Notes: generated by a model from the letters alone, not told the origin. Counted from the first letter of the whole stretch, positions 13,397-28,034 are shown. The stretch: DNA of 63,722 nt, filler included, from Phoronis australis (GCA_002633005.1; 8 parts of 8 records of this genome joined end to end with filler, not necessarily neighbours in it); one strand, 5' to 3'. Numbers and translations: made by a program.

Positions 13397-16300
13397 TAAG
13401 TAATTTGTCCAAGAAGTTAATGTAACCTTCCTCAGGTGAGTGAAGTACGTTAAAAACTGTGTGAATGGTGTTGCTTATGCAAAGTACTCCTGGTAACTAA
13501 AAATATATTTTTTCAATGCAACTATCTCTACTGTTGTTTGATCATCATCACTGTTTTGAATGTTTTTGTTGATTTTTTAGGGATTTCTTTGGTTTAAGTT
13601 CAAACAGTGGTTAACATCGTAGTAGAATAGATTTCAGTAAACTTTATCTATCATAGCAGGATACTAAACTCTGTTTTGAAGATTTCAACCAATCCTCGAT
13701 CGTTTTGTCGCCTGCTAATGCATCATTCACGTCAGATCTGAACGATAAAAGCAGAAATCACCTAAAAACTAAATACTCAATCTTTCACAAATTGGACATA
13801 ATGGTCTTCGATGGGTTGACTTTTCACACTGTTGCCGTTTAATTTGCTAAATCTCTAGCCTCCAAAAAGCATATGTAATAACAATCGACATTAATAAAAA
13901 CTAGCGCTGCACAAACAGAATGTTAATTTAATCAATCAGTGCTCGTATTTTGTAGAAAATGCATAGAAATTAGAGTAGGTATAAAACCCATATCCGAAAT
14001 GCAAGACCCGCTGGTCACCCACTTGTAAGGTGATACTATGCTCAGAATAGTGATATTTCAAACTGCACGTACTTGATAACTAATAATTATAATTATACAC
14101 GGCAACATATTTTAACGTTGTCCATTTTGTCTGACAAATTTCCTGAGGAATACTTTATCTAGTGAGATGTTTTAAACAAATTGATTTTGATGGCTTCTTT
14201 GCAGATGGGATTTGGGTAATAGTCTAGAAAGGTGTAAAACATGAATTTGCGCCTTGAACTTAAACCTGTCAAAGACTTTTGCGCATACTTTGTTGAAAGT
14301 ATCGCCAAATGAGTTTAAAACAATAGTTTTGTTTTTCCATCAGGCAATATTTACAGTGTGAGCAAATGTAACGATTTGTTCCGAATGTTTTTTCTTTATT
14401 TTTGAATGACGCACAATTCTTCAACTCCAGATTGCCATGCCAGAATAAAGGTAACATCAGTATGACGTGGGTAGGAAAACATTGGTTTAACGCGGAGGAC
14501 ACCTGGTAATCGCAAGCAAAGGCTTTTGGTGTCCGTCCAAGTTTACTTCATCACGTGTAACTGTAAAGAACCAGAATTCACGACTAAATTATTAAAATTT
14601 TCGTGGATACAGACTCGGGCATTGTCCTCGGCACGTTTTTTGCGAGTTACGTAGTTTGACAGCGCATTTAGGTTACACTCAGATAAGGTCATTTTCCACT
14701 TAGCAAACTTTTAGGTATTTTGTAACAAGCAGGACCTTAGTCCATTTCAGGGAGTAGCTATTGCCAAATGAAGACTATTCTATAATAAACATTGATGCCC
14801 AATAACTCAAATCTTAAAATTAAATGGGGTGCGCCCATGTAAGCAACATCCTGTTACTCAAAAGGTTTGGTATAATGGGCGTTCCCGCCAAACTCTGGCT
14901 ATAGGAGCAATTTCAAATTCTGACGTATAATCCTGAGTCTGTGAATATACGGCACTGTACTATGTTTTTATGAAAACGGGACAAAATTTCACGTTGTCCT
15001 CGAACTTTTAGGTGTTAAAAAGAGGGGTCTTACTTATAAGCACCACCTAGTGAACATCGAGTTGTCCATTTAGGAAGTCCCTAACACAACCACGGGTGAA
15101 ATATACATGTCCATCCCATGTTCTTCACTGTAAACCAAAGGTTGAAAATTTGTCTCCACCTTGCACGTTATCCAGTTCCTGAAGACTTCCAGCCATGTTT
15201 ATATCGTAATTTCTCTCACCTAGTGATTCCAGGGCTTCAAGATTAACTCCATACAAGTGTTTATCAACATCGGTGGTGACCGTTCCAGCCGAAAGAATAT
15301 TTGTATTTCGCAAGACGTCTTTGCTGTCTGAAGGAGAGTCGAAAGTGATTCGTTTCATATTCTACCAGCAGGTGGCGATGTGATTTTAAAATGCTTGTTT
15401 TTGTTGATATTTTGACCTATTTTGCTTGTTCAACGTGACCAAATGTGTGAGACAATATTTCCCACTAATAATTACGCATTATACGCTAACTCTATATTTC
15501 AACATTTTGTCATTTTTCACCAAAAACATTGGCAAATTTCACAGAAATGTGCAATAAAACTTTGAAGAAAGAATTTTTTACATATGAAACTGAAGTACAC
15601 ATAATGAATGAAGAGGAAAACGACAAATTAAAATTGCCAAGTGAACTAAAGTACTCACTAAACTTTTCAAAATCTCCTATACAGACCAGAACCGACTGAC
15701 TACCTGCGAATTTCCAATTCCGCAATTTTAGGGCGGACCAAGCCAATAAACTCTAAAGTATATTTCGTGAGTCGCTGATGGTTTCGTCTTTTTTTTCGGG
15801 TAACGGAAACAGAATCCTATCACGGTAATTAGAAATAGCATAAGGCCAATTTTATGAGGTCCAAATTTGATTTTCGTTTTTCAAAAAGGCGAAAAGCAGC
15901 TTTAACATCCATTCCAGGAGAAAATCAAAAGAAATAAAAAAATCACTCTAGGAGTCGTCTTCCAGATCCAGCTTAAACAGTGTATGCGATCATGGCCTGG
16001 ATCTGACACAAAAATCACCAGTGTTGCACTTTTTGACCAATTAATGTCTAACTTATAAGCTATCCAATGTACAAGAAGAAAACGACACCTTTTTCAATAT
16101 CGGAAACAGCACTTTTCCAAATAACAACAGGTAGATTACATGCAATGATAGGAAACACATAATGGATTAGGAAATTTAAGGAAACACTTTTTGTAGTGTT
16201 GGAAGTGCCACTGAAGTGCTTTTAGAAGTCTGTTTGCGGGGACGTGGACATTGAAAGAAATATTTAGGAAGAAATAATTCATGAAAATCAACATTTTGAA

Positions 16301-18159
16301 GACCATGATGCCGTCTGACATATCCATACAAAAATTCAGAATTGACCATGTGTCAGAGGTTACGCACGCGCAGGGGATGACATGTTTTCCTGGTCCCAAT
16401 AACCAAAACGGTTTACGCCCGTAGACACAATTTTTAGGCTAACATGAATAATTTCTATGATTTTTAATGAAATATTTCAATTTGTGCACTATTTTAAGGC
16501 GATTTAGCTTTCACGTATGAACGTCTTTTTACTTAAGGGTTCGACAATATATGACGCGGACGAACGGAAAATTATTTTTTCACTTATTAAATTATTAAAA
16601 TTGTTCGGTGTGTTCAAAAGTTCTCGATATTTATGTGTTAAATTTTGACTCATTTTCGATTGGATCGGCCATCTTGTACGTCAACGGTATAGGTTACATT
16701 AAAAGCGTTTGAAATTGTTTTTACAAATATTTTAACAGTAAAATGTATTGACACATATCCTTATCTGCCATTCTGTACAATCCGAGAATTCATATCAACA
16801 TTTAATCATGCAGATGTAACTTACTAAGGGGTTAAAGTGCTCACAATTCACGTTGGACAACAACTTTTGCTGAACTGAAAGGCATATTCAACCGGCTACA
16901 TTGTCATCGGTGAAGATTAAACTATAATACTTTTGTAAACGTGCTTCTACAAAAAAGTAGTTTTGTACAATTTCCGGTGTTTGTGCAATAAATTGACTTA
17001 TGAATATTCTATTTATTTCAATGTGAAGAGCCCACTTTATTGACCTTGCACTGCTAAATAATTGACATTGTTTTAAAATTGTTTTTTGTTTGAAAGTCAA
17101 CTTTTCTTCTGCGGTATGATTTATGTGTCACAATAAGACACATACTTTTCTAAATTTTATGCCTAAATTGTGCCTTTGATTCATGATTTTAACTAGTCGC
17201 TTCCAACTCCAGGATATATTATAGCAACAAAATGTGTAATATCTTGCTTGATTACAGAAATATGGGAATATATTTAGATTATGAGGTGTGAAGCTTACTC
17301 GAAACCTTCTGTCTCATAGCTTCATATTTTTATTATCATGCTTGAGGAGGAGCGTCTTAATGGTACTCAATCGCCATGGTAACAGTTAGACATGTCCGCC
17401 GTCATACTTAAGTTGGTATGTGGTTCAGCCTTGTTGCTGAAGTTTTTTAAAGTACATTCTAAGTTACTTATCTTGCCAAAAGGTTGTTAGCATCATTTTA
17501 GTTTACACATTTTAATGTGTAAACTAAAAAAAAATAAATTTTTACCGGCTGATATAACTTAATTTGCTAGATATAAGCCTAAAACGGTTACGAAGGTATT
17601 TTTAAGAGATGTCATTTCAATCTCTTATGGGAATGTGAAGTAACAGATGACAAAATCAGTTTCAGGTGGAATCGGTTAAACGAATAGCATCCTCTTGAAA
17701 TGACAAAACTCAGATTGAATTGATGAAATTAGCATTAGGTAATAAGGTGGACGTTTCAGTTAGCAGGTGAAGGTGAGGTGCAAAGGTAAGGTATATGAAC
17801 GGTTTCCAAAACGCTAAAATTGTCACTGGTGTGGCATCATAGGTGAGACTCATTTCATGCATATAAATAACATCAGTTTTTGGCCAAATGAGAAGGACGT
17901 AGTGAAAAAATGGACGCTACAGTGCAGCATGTAAATGACGTTTCAATATTAATCAAAGGTTATTATCAGGTACAATTAAAACTGAAATAATGACACAAAA
18001 AATCAAAGACACATTTTGAACGTATTCCCACAATAAAATGTATGTTACTCATCCAGTTATGTCATAATGTAAAACAAAATATACCAATTTCCGGACCTAC
18101 TGTTTTCTAAAGATAACGTTCCAACGGGAACTCGGTCAAAACAGGGATGTTTTATAACG

Positions 18160-18720
18160 TTGCGGGTACCCAGATTGGGCGTTCCATCAGGCTGAGAAAA
18201 AAAAAACGAGGACCAGGACGAGACGGAGCCGCCCAAGGCTCATGTGACGATTCCATATATCCCTAGTACTTCGGACCGGGTGAAAAACACATCTCCATCA
18301 ACACCAGGTGTCCACAGCATTCAAACCAATTAACTCTATTAAGGGTAAGTTAGTTAATGTAAAAGACAAACTAGCGAAAGAGAAACGTTCCAATCTTGGG
18401 TATGGGATAAGGTGTGGAAACGACGAATGTCCAGAGTGCCGCTATGTCGCAGAAATGAAGCAAGTGCTTACATGTACGCCTTTGCCCTACCTATCTGAAG
18501 ATAAGTACTGTATCACTAACCAGTATTTAGTAACTTTTACGCATCAGATTGTGATTTTTCTATGAAAAATGTGGTGATCCTTGATACTGAGGAGGATTGG
18601 TTTTCCCATGGTGTGAGAGAGGCGCCGGATCATTCCGGGAGCATTGAGTCCCCCAGTTTCAACAGACACGGAGGACTAAGACATAGTCGACCGCAGCTGC
18701 GTGGAATAGGGTATAACGTC
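18160..18720 (+). pseudogene. Penelope-like retroelement relic (RT C-terminus and GIY-YIG endonuclease)
   Basis: GYPDWAF...VTIPYIPSTSDRV, then AFKPINSIKGKLVNVKDK...SNLGYGIRCGNDEC...YVAEMKQ, then NVVILDTEEDWFSHGVREA...PSFNRHGGLRH. These match PLE GIY-YIG motifs in order, with frameshifts. Confidence 0.8.
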
Positions 18721-19529
18721 ATCGACCAAAGATGTGTCGCAACCCACGTGATAACAATCTCCGCCAATGCCAACACGTCAGCACTTCGGCTTCAGACGAT
18801 CTGTAGACTAGTCTCCGAGATGGAGACTCTACGGTTTATCATTAGTATATAATAAGTCCAGAAATTGATCAATTTTTGATTTGCAATATCCCAGAAGGAT
18901 GTATGTACTTACAAAATTTTTCAAGATCTGAGTCGGTGACCCTAGAGAAGACCTTTCGATTCCCTCGTGGAATAACAGTTAAAACTCATTTCGTGACCTC
19001 CAATTGTCCAAACACACCAATGAAAGTCTCTTTATTCAATATTCGGAAACATTCAGAAACTGTAGCCTACGAAGCCAGGCAGTGTGAAACATTCAATAAT
19101 TTCTTTCACCGTACTTGTCGACGAAAAGAAAATTTCCCTAGTGAAGTGTTTTTCATATAGGCACATACACCAACAGACTGGGTCTCTTCTTTGTGTACAT
19201 GTGTAAATGGGTATTTTGTGTTTTTTCTGCATTTCTGCGGCTTTTAATTTATCGGTAAATGTATAATTGAACACACGCCAATTACCACTGTGTGCCACAG
19301 GTGGCGTGCTGATCAGACTTCAGTACAGATGTTTGCGACTTCAGAAAATGTTGCATAAGATTGCTTGCCGTAACTCTAACTTCCAAATTTTGATTGTAAC
19401 AATCATGACGTCATAGGTACATTAGCTCCTCCCCAAGCCTCAAGATAGCACTGATCGCTTTAGCGGCCCCTTGAGGCTTGGTTATGGGAATTCCTGCGCA
19501 ATGATTGGCGGCTGCCTTGACATCATTAA

Positions 19530-21200
19530 AGGAGCATGCCACCCAAAAAACAACCTAGTGTGTATCAATTTAGATCGAGGAGTTCCAACGGCACGTTCGT
19601 TTACGTTACCTGAAACCTGACGGCAGACGGAGGTGTTGAAATTATCCAATGACGTCATTGGTTTCACACGCAGTCTGTTCAGCAGTTCACAACACGGGTT
19701 ACTGGTGTCAGCTTATCGCTTGAATTCATCGTTTAACACCATTAAATCATCAAACTTCCAAGTAAAATCCTTATAAATACACCGAGTTCTTATTAAAAAG
19801 TTTTTTATATTTCGCTGTTACGGATTTATTGGTATTTGGACACACCGCAGCCTACAAAGTTCGGCAGGCCAATTTACCAAGGTCCGTAGCAGGAGTTTGG
19901 TGTCTGTACTCTTCCGTGAAATACAGATAGGTGAACCTAGATCTGTGTTATATGTACTTGTGAATTTTTTGGGTTCTAAACACACAAAACGCTTGTTATC
20001 CCGGTCAGTGGCTCGGAACCCGATCAAGCCCGTCTCGGCCGGACTGACTCGTTATCCCGGCCAGTGGCTCGGAACCCGATCAGGCCCGTCGCGGCCGCCG
20101 GGACAGGCACTAACATAAACCAGCTTGGGTTGGAAACTAAACTTCCATTCAAGAAAAGACTATGATAGTGAGCCAAAGAAATAATGTGCACGTAATTATT
20201 TATGTGAGTTAGCCACGAAACAGAAAATCTACTTACTTGTGGGGGGCCGCGAAGACGGGTTCCCCTTCCACAGACCGTCAGGGCAAAGGTTGTACAGTAA
20301 AAATGATTTGAATAATGTATTTGTATTTCTAAATAAAGAATCCCCTAACATGTGACCATAGCATATAAAATGGAGTAATTGTTTCACAACAGCTTTCTGT
20401 CAGCAAATACTGAATTAGCATGCGCTCACACGGCATCTTTTTTGACAGTATCAAAAGCCGGTAATGCAGTGTTTTTTTCCTTGTTGGCTTCTCAACATTT
20501 GCACTCACGAATACTGTAAAGGCATCACAAATTGTATCTAATGAGTTTTTGTTTCAATTTCATATAAGCATTGGTTAGGATGAGAATAATTCATTTTGAA
20601 ACAGAACGTTGAATAATAAACGTCTACATAGCAACTCGCCCGGCGTCAATCCTGACTAAGTCAAGAGCTCATCCGACGAAGACTTCACGAGTCGGATCGT
20701 TAGATTTCACAGGCTATCAGTTCGAACAGGAATACAGTGATCAAAAAATACTAGAGAGGCGCCGTGAACATGCACAGGCAACGGAACGTATGGATAGTTC
20801 TTTGGTAAGCCGGAATTCGTCAGAGAAATCACTGTCGACAAAATGGCGGCCACGGACATGGAGATGTTTCACGGCTTCATACTTGCTATTAACAGCGTAC
20901 CTTTCATTATTCACTACCGCGAGCAACTTCCTAAGCATTTCGGGCTCTCAAGGAAGTCGAAAAAACGATATACCCACTTTCTTCGCAACTTCGTAGTTCT
21001 GACAAACGCGAACGATACAACGCAATATAGTGGCATTCACTCTGCAGACGAACCACTGACGTCGCTGCGTCGTTTATCACCTTCCTCACAGGTTAACGCG
21101 AAACCTATCGGCAAGGTGAGGTCGACCGTATAAGAGGCGATGTGGATATTGACCGATTAAGACAGTAAAAAATACGAACGAAATCGGGTGGCATTCTCCT
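19530..21200. mobile_element. Kolobok-type non-autonomous DNA transposon with THAP relic
   Basis: 15-bp TIR AGGAGCATGCCACCC (19530-19544) / GGGTGGCATTCTCCT (21186-21200), one mismatch. TTAA on both flanks (19526-19529 and 21201-21204). Confidence 0.85.
20741..21036 (-). pseudogene. Disrupted THAP zinc-finger ORF within the Kolobok element
   Basis: MPLYCVV / frameshift / RVCQN...ISFFRLP*EPEMLRKLL...HVRGRHFVDSDF is the C2CH THAP signature with a stop, a frameshift and Cys-to-Arg. Confidence 0.75.
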
Positions 21201-21347
21201 TTAAAACAAAGGCAGATTTTAACTATTTTCACAGGCGTTGTTACTGCTATTCATGAAGCAGGAGGCATTGTCCTTGTTATTGTTTGAAATAACGGTTGCA
21301 ATTCGCTTACTTTAGTTCTTTCTCATTAATAGTAGGCCTATAGAAAG

Positions 21348-21830
21348 TCATTTATTTTCGAAGCACAGAACATCGTTTTTGCGATCAGTTGCAATAGCTC
21401 TTGTAAAGTTGTTGGAATCCATAAATAATTTTACATCGAAGCGACCTCTTTGAATACGCCGAAGACTAACAGCGTGCCGCCGTTCTTGCTGAAAGATAAA
21501 AAACTGATATCTGTGAACGGCATCAGTTCTAAATCCGTCAGGGGAAGGATTTGGGCTCTCATAAAGATCCATACCATTGCCGCCATTATCTTTGACACTG
21601 ATCTCTGTCAGAGTAGATCCGTTAACGTTCCAAAGTGTCCAATGAAGCCAGTACCTGTTCGTTGGATTGTACGACGAGGGTGCGTCGGGGTCTACCATAA
21701 GAATTGCATACAACTTTTGTTAGCGTTTTTCCACCTTACTTTGGGTTCAGAACCAACCTTTTGGAATGGATGAATGTACTCGTTACATTTCGGAGCGGAC
21801 GATGAGTCGATGCAAAATGGGTATTCGTAT
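21348..21830 (-). pseudogene. Phosphatidylethanolamine-binding protein (PEBP4-like), intronless, frameshifted near 21715
   Basis: LYAILMVDPDAPS...YWLHW...Y.SP.P...HRYQFFIFQQ...RGRFDV is the PEBP signature. Upstream CNEYIHPFQKVGSEPKVRWKNA lies in a different frame, with in-frame TAA at 21720-21722. Confidence 0.8.
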
Positions 21831-22871
21831 GCATCAACTCAAACGAGCCCCCCCCCCCNNNNNNNNNNNNNNNNNNNNNNNNNNNNNNNNNNNNNNNNNN
21901 NNNNNNNNNNNGCCACAAAGCCTGGAAACAAAAATTTCCCTGAAAAACGAGACAAAGTCCATCAAAAAGGCTCAGACGAACAGTTCACAGTCACGGTTCT
22001 GAAGGTGGTACCCCGTTTTTTGTTCTACCGCCTTTTTGTCTGGAAAAGGTCAACATCGTCAGAAATTCGAGCCCCCATATCAAAGGCTGGGTGCGCGCAT
22101 GCAGTGCAGAATAGATAGAAAGATAAATATCATTTAAACATTATGGAACGTTGAGGTAGAGGCTCCCCTCAAACATGTTCAAGTAACTAGAAATCATACA
22201 ATATTACAATGGAATATTACGATTAATTTAAATATTGAATATTACAGTTAATTTGAATGTGTACACAATCAAAATGTTGCATAATTAAATTAAGTTAAAT
22301 TAAATTAATATCAAACTAATATTAAAATAAGTAAAAAATACTAGTGGAATTTCATATACTGGAAATGAGGGGACACAAGGAAATACAATTTTGAATGGTG
22401 ACTGGTAAGGAATTCCATACAGATTGACCTCTATATTTAAATTATTTTTGACTAGTTTTAGTTTTAATAATAGGTAAGTAGTAGATCTCAAAGGTTGCTG
22501 TACGGGTGGTCCTTAAATGGACATCCGAGGCAAGTCTGAAACTATTGGCTGTAGTATGTTTAGTATTACAGTTTAGCACCAAAGCAAGGCGACGCAGCCG
22601 TCGCGACAGCCCTGGCCTGATGCACAACGAGCTGTGAATTGTGCGTTTGAGCTTTTTTAGTGGACTTATGACTCGTTTTTTGGACTTTTTGTTTCTCTGA
22701 GACGGACGTTTTTGCCCACTTCGCCAAATGGAGGGGCTCCTTCGAGCCCTCTTCCCCCCCCCCCCCGNCCTGGGTGCGAGCATGCAACTTATAGTCAAAA
22801 CGACACGGCAGTAAATTTGTATTGTGAAGTTTTGAGATCCGAGATCGCAGACGAGTTCTATACATTAAGCA

Positions 22872-23527
22872 CAGTCAGGGCAAAGGTTGTACAGTAACAA
22901 TGATTTGAAAAATGTATTTTTATTTCTAAATAAACATTCCCCTAACATGTGACCATAGCATATAAAATCGAGTAATTGTTTCACAACAGCTTTCTGTCAG
23001 CAAACACTGAATTAGCATGCGCTCACACGGCATCGGTGCCCGGTCACCTTTGTTGACGGCATCAAAAGCCGGTAGTGCAGTGGTTTTTTCATTTCTGGCT
23101 TCTCAACATTTGCACTCACGAATAAAGCAAAGGCATCTCAAATTGTATCTAATGAGTTTTGTTTCATTTTCATAAAAGCATTGGTTAATAGGATGAGGAT
23201 AATTCATTTTGAAACAGAACTTAGAATAATAGACGTCTACATGGCAACTCGTCCGGCGCTAATCCGACGAAGACTTCACGAGTCGGTTCGTTAGATTTCA
23301 CAGGCTATCAGTCCGAACAGGAATACACTGATCAAAAAATACTATATAGAGAGGCGCCGTGAACATGCACTGGCAACGGAACGTATAGATAGTTCTTTGG
23401 TAAGCCGGAATTCGTCAGAGATATCACTGTCGACGAAATGCCGGCCACGGACACGGAGATGTTTCACGGCTTCATACTTGCTTTTAACAGCGCACCTTTC
23501 ATTATTTACTACCGCGAGCCACTTCCT
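22872..23527. mobile_element. Second partial copy of the Kolobok internal region (with THAP relic RRKWLAVV...RVRGRHF)
   Basis: Direct, closely similar repeat of 20277-20931, beginning GTCAGGGCAAAGGTTGTACAG. Confidence 0.85.
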
Positions 23528-26500
23528 ACGTTTAGAAAGTGTATTTACTAGTGACGATCTGTACTTTCCCAGATGTTTGAGCAAATACGTAGGCCCGTAA
23601 GNNNNNNNNNNNNNNNNNNNNNNNNNNNNNNNNNNNNNNNNNNNNTTAATTAATTAANNNNNNNNNNNNNNNNNNNNNNNNNNNNNNNNNNNNNNNNNNN
23701 NGTTCGTGTTGGCATGAACCACGCGCTTGCTTTGCAAATCGTCTCAATTTTGATGTTTGACAAAGAGAGAATTATGAGTTTCTGATTCACTGAAGCTTTG
23801 ATTAAAATTAACATGTTACCAGCAGCTCCTGTTACTTCATCGTCACTCAGCTTCCGTTTTCTCTTCATTGCAAAGTCGAGCAGACGACGAAGCGGATTGG
23901 TAGTGCACAGCACCACTACCGGTCGCTTGATATATCGTGACCGGGAGCGGCATTAATTAGCCCTAGTTACCGTTACGATAGCACCGGTTCTCTGAATCCG
24001 GTGTGAAATTGGGTCTGAGCCCGCCCCTCCCCACACGCGCACACGAACTATAACTCCACACATTGTCAAATTTTGTTTCGGCCGTATAATGTTACAGTAA
24101 TTACTAGGGTTAATTAATAAACTCAATATTTCCTCACACTTTTGCTACTTTATTTTTTGCGGCCGCCAAGGGGGGGAGGTCCCCTGGGCCCCCTACACTT
24201 TATTTGGTGGCCGCCAAGGGGGGGTCTAAAGCCACCTATGCGGTCACGGTGATCGTGATGTCGTTTTCGAGGTTAAACGTCTAAGATTTTGAGGGAAACA
24301 ATGGAGACCGACTGAAGCCAATTGAAACTACTAATATGCGTAGTGCCCATGTTACTCCGGCGAGATCAAATTGTACATTAGGTAATTAATACTAACTAAT
24401 GTAATTCTACACACTGGCAATTCGAAAATATAAACTGAAAACTCAAACATACCCACATATGTGTATTTAGTATTACGAATGTCAATAGTAATCACTCTCC
24501 AACATGCTTGCCGGGAATTTAGACAAAGCCCGTATTTACCAAAATATTGAGAAACCAAATCCCTAATCGGTTTCCCACCACGTATTTATGATCTCCACAT
24601 TATTATCATCTCTGGCTCAACAGTAATCACCTCTATTTGTGACCCAGTGCCAGATCTCGGGTACTCCAGCGAATCTTTCACCGGAGAATTCAGTAGGATA
24701 ACAGCTGTGCACATGTAATATACAAATAATTAACATCGAAACACTGATTCCATTACAAAAATGTCCACATCAAGTTCGTTTCGATTTCCAGCCTTAAATT
24801 GATTGTAATTTTGAAATTTCCGAGCTAATCCTAATTATGAAAAGTGAAACACAGTCTGATAAAAATGATATATTTCTGTTAAGCTTCTCATGCCTTCGCA
24901 GGTTGTCAGCTAGAAAATGCTACGCTTGTTAATGACACGCACCGTCGCCTTTAATCATCTCACGAGAGCTACCTGAGCCTTGTGGAAGGGGAATTTTCCC
25001 ATGAGGTGATTCTCCTATCGCCACGTCTTAAAAGTCATTGCCTGCAGTTTTGATTACTTTAATGTCTTCATAGAGTCGGTTTTAGTTTTTGGATTACTAC
25101 GCCCACCTCTATAACCCCATGAAAGAGCTTTATAGAAATCGATGGTGTACACAACAATCAACAAACCAACAGATGAGTTAATGTTTTGGAAAATTTGATT
25201 ATTGCTGCTGTGTCACCTAGTGAAAATTTTAGTTATTAGCCAGACGACCACTACCGCGGCTCGACTTATTAGTCTCATCAGGCCCTCTGGCGGCTGTCTA
25301 TGAAATAAAGTGACATAATCGGCTAGAAAAGTGATTTTCTGAGATCAGCCGCAACGCAGGATCAAACTCACATCCTCAGCGGTCGCCGGTCCATCACTCT
25401 GATGGGAATGACAGGTAACCCTTACTCGAAAACTGGAAGTGAATTTTGATCGTGTGTAAGTGGCGACGTCGCCGACGTGGATTTTTCAGCGAATCACAGA
25501 CAGCAATGAGAATACCCCATGTGCAATTAAATCCCATGAAGACACCGTATTTTGTTGTTTTATAGTTCTGGTCAAAGTCAATAACCTCAAGAAGCCTAAC
25601 AACGACATCAGAAATGCATTTTTATGTCGCAAAGTTGATAACGTCCCGTTATTTGACAAGGTCGAGAATAAAAATCCCCATATCTAGTTCCCAACTGATT
25701 TACAGTCCACCGAGCTGAGAATGTTAAAAAATGACTAGGATGCGCCTCTTTGAAGCATGGTTTTACTCAAAGGGTTCGCGTTTAGGCACATGCGCGTAAA
25801 TGCGTGACTGCGCGGTAACCGGAAGTGTTAGTCCATCTTTGAACTATCAGGAATAGTGTATTCTTTTTATGTGTAACTCATACTAGCCACTCTTTGGTCA
25901 CTTATCAACAATGACTCAACGAAATTTAAGGAAACCGACATAACACGCACGCATGACCAGTCCAACCCGAAATCAGGAGCACAAGACGGGTATTCGGTAA
26001 GGGAGATTCCATTGGTAACAACATACGGCGGATGACTAGTGGTTTTAGTTGCGAATCTAAGCTGTGCTGCGTCCAGTGGTAAAGCGTTCACGTATTGCAT
26101 CGTTGTTAAAAAATAAAAAATAAAAAATAAAGACCTTTAGTACACGCACAAATAGGTCTAGCCCACTTAAATGATTTTAATTGAAATAAAACGATATAGA
26201 TAGTCAGACAGGATGGTGTGCTTAAATAACACAATACCTGCATTTGACATTACGACACGTATAATAGTTATTTACGTTGGATGTCAGAGGCAGCTGTGAA
26301 TGCAGGCGTGTTGCTTAATCATGCTCTTGTCAGTGGCCAAGTGGTCTAAGCACAGATTGAAGACATTACGTGCGTATGTTTAAAGCAACGTTACTACGTC
26401 ATCTCTTGCAACACAACGTCATACCGATACCCTACAACAAGACGACGATGAATTTATACTAACGCGCACACGTAAGAAGGAAAGATCACGAGTATAACAT

Positions 26501-28034
26501 TCAGTGCATTAGTGCTTGGATTTGAATTACTTGTCCTCATGAAAAACAGCTCACTTCGGACAAAATACTCAAGATAAACACAGTATCTCAGCTGAACATG
26601 AATCTTGTTGACTGCTCAACTTGACATATTTTTAATAGAGCATGGTGTTGGTTAATTTCAGTCAAAATGTGACGACGAGAGATCTCCTAAACTGGTGCTC
26701 CAAAAGCAAGTCGTCATGAAGTGAAAAGGAATTTCTCGACTTCCAATCAGTGGAAACGACCGAATGTGTCCTCCGCTGTTCCGTATACCAATGACAACCC
26801 GGAATCATCAAGATATTACAATTTTACTCCTTTCAAACACCGCCTATGCCCTCTATTTCTTAGAAAGTCATGTTATATCAGACGGAATTTTACGAATGAA
26901 GCAGAAGACATTTTTCTATACTCGCTGACCAGGAAGCTCATTCGCAATACTTTGACTTAATTCCTGTCGTTTTCATGATTATGTTCGACGTCATTGTAGG
27001 TGCTTCAAGTCAGATGTCATTAAGTCTTGTACTAGTTAGTGCGTACTTTGTTCAAATTCTTGAAATCAAATACTGAAATGTTGACCTGTGGCTATATTCA
27101 CCCGCACAGGTAAGGAATGTACGACAATTATACTATTGCGCAGCCATTTTCCGATATGGTGGTGACTGACGTAAGGGCAAAGTAGGAGTCTTATCATATT
27201 CTACGGGCACCGCGCTTCGTGGGGCCATTTTCAAAGTGCTCAGGGTCAAGAGTGCGGGGCCTCACAGAGTAAGCGATGCTCAAAGAAGTGTTGGCGTTGT
27301 AGTGCTGCTCAAAGAGCTTACACACAAAAAGCGGTCCCCTAAAAGTGCAGAGACTCGCCAAGGCGCCTTGAATTTACAGTTTGGATTTTTGCACTGTGAA
27401 ATTACATAGCGGGAAAATCTGCAAAACTTAAATTTGTGCAAAATGTATATATTTAAGAAAAGTAGCATTCTTGATACTATAACTGTCATGTGACGAGAGC
27501 AGGACCTCTGACTAGCGGCGGTGTGTGAACACCTGAAATAATCCAATTCCACCCGACCAACAAATTGCCCAGTAGACACAGTGTCTTCGTCATGCAGAAG
27601 CGGTACAAGTGACCACAGGTACTTCATTTTATCTCACTTCTTGGCCCTTTCATTACCTCCGTAAAAAGGAAATGAGGCTCAGAAAACATGTTTCAAAACG
27701 TAAAATTGACGGTTTTCAGCACACTTCCTTACCCAATGCTCAACACAACCCCACGTTAGGTTCTGAAAGCAAATTTACTACACATTTCAAAAATGTGGTC
27801 ACAACTGATGGCATCCAATACAACATTGCTACAGGGGCCTTTATTTTGAAAAAAGTGTATTTACAGCCGAACTAGTGGACGTTTGTCATTCCCAGCATGT
27901 TCACAAACACATGTAAACCAGATGGACTGAATCCNNNNNNNNNNNNNNNNNNNNNNNNNNNNNNNNNNNNNNNNNNNNTTAATTAATTAANNNNNNNNNN
28001 NNNNNNNNNNNNNNNNNNNNNNNNNNNNNNNNNN

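Noticed and set aside
15125-15358. 77-aa ATG ORF with protein-like composition
   Set aside because: No recognisable domain or linked exons, so it cannot be supported.
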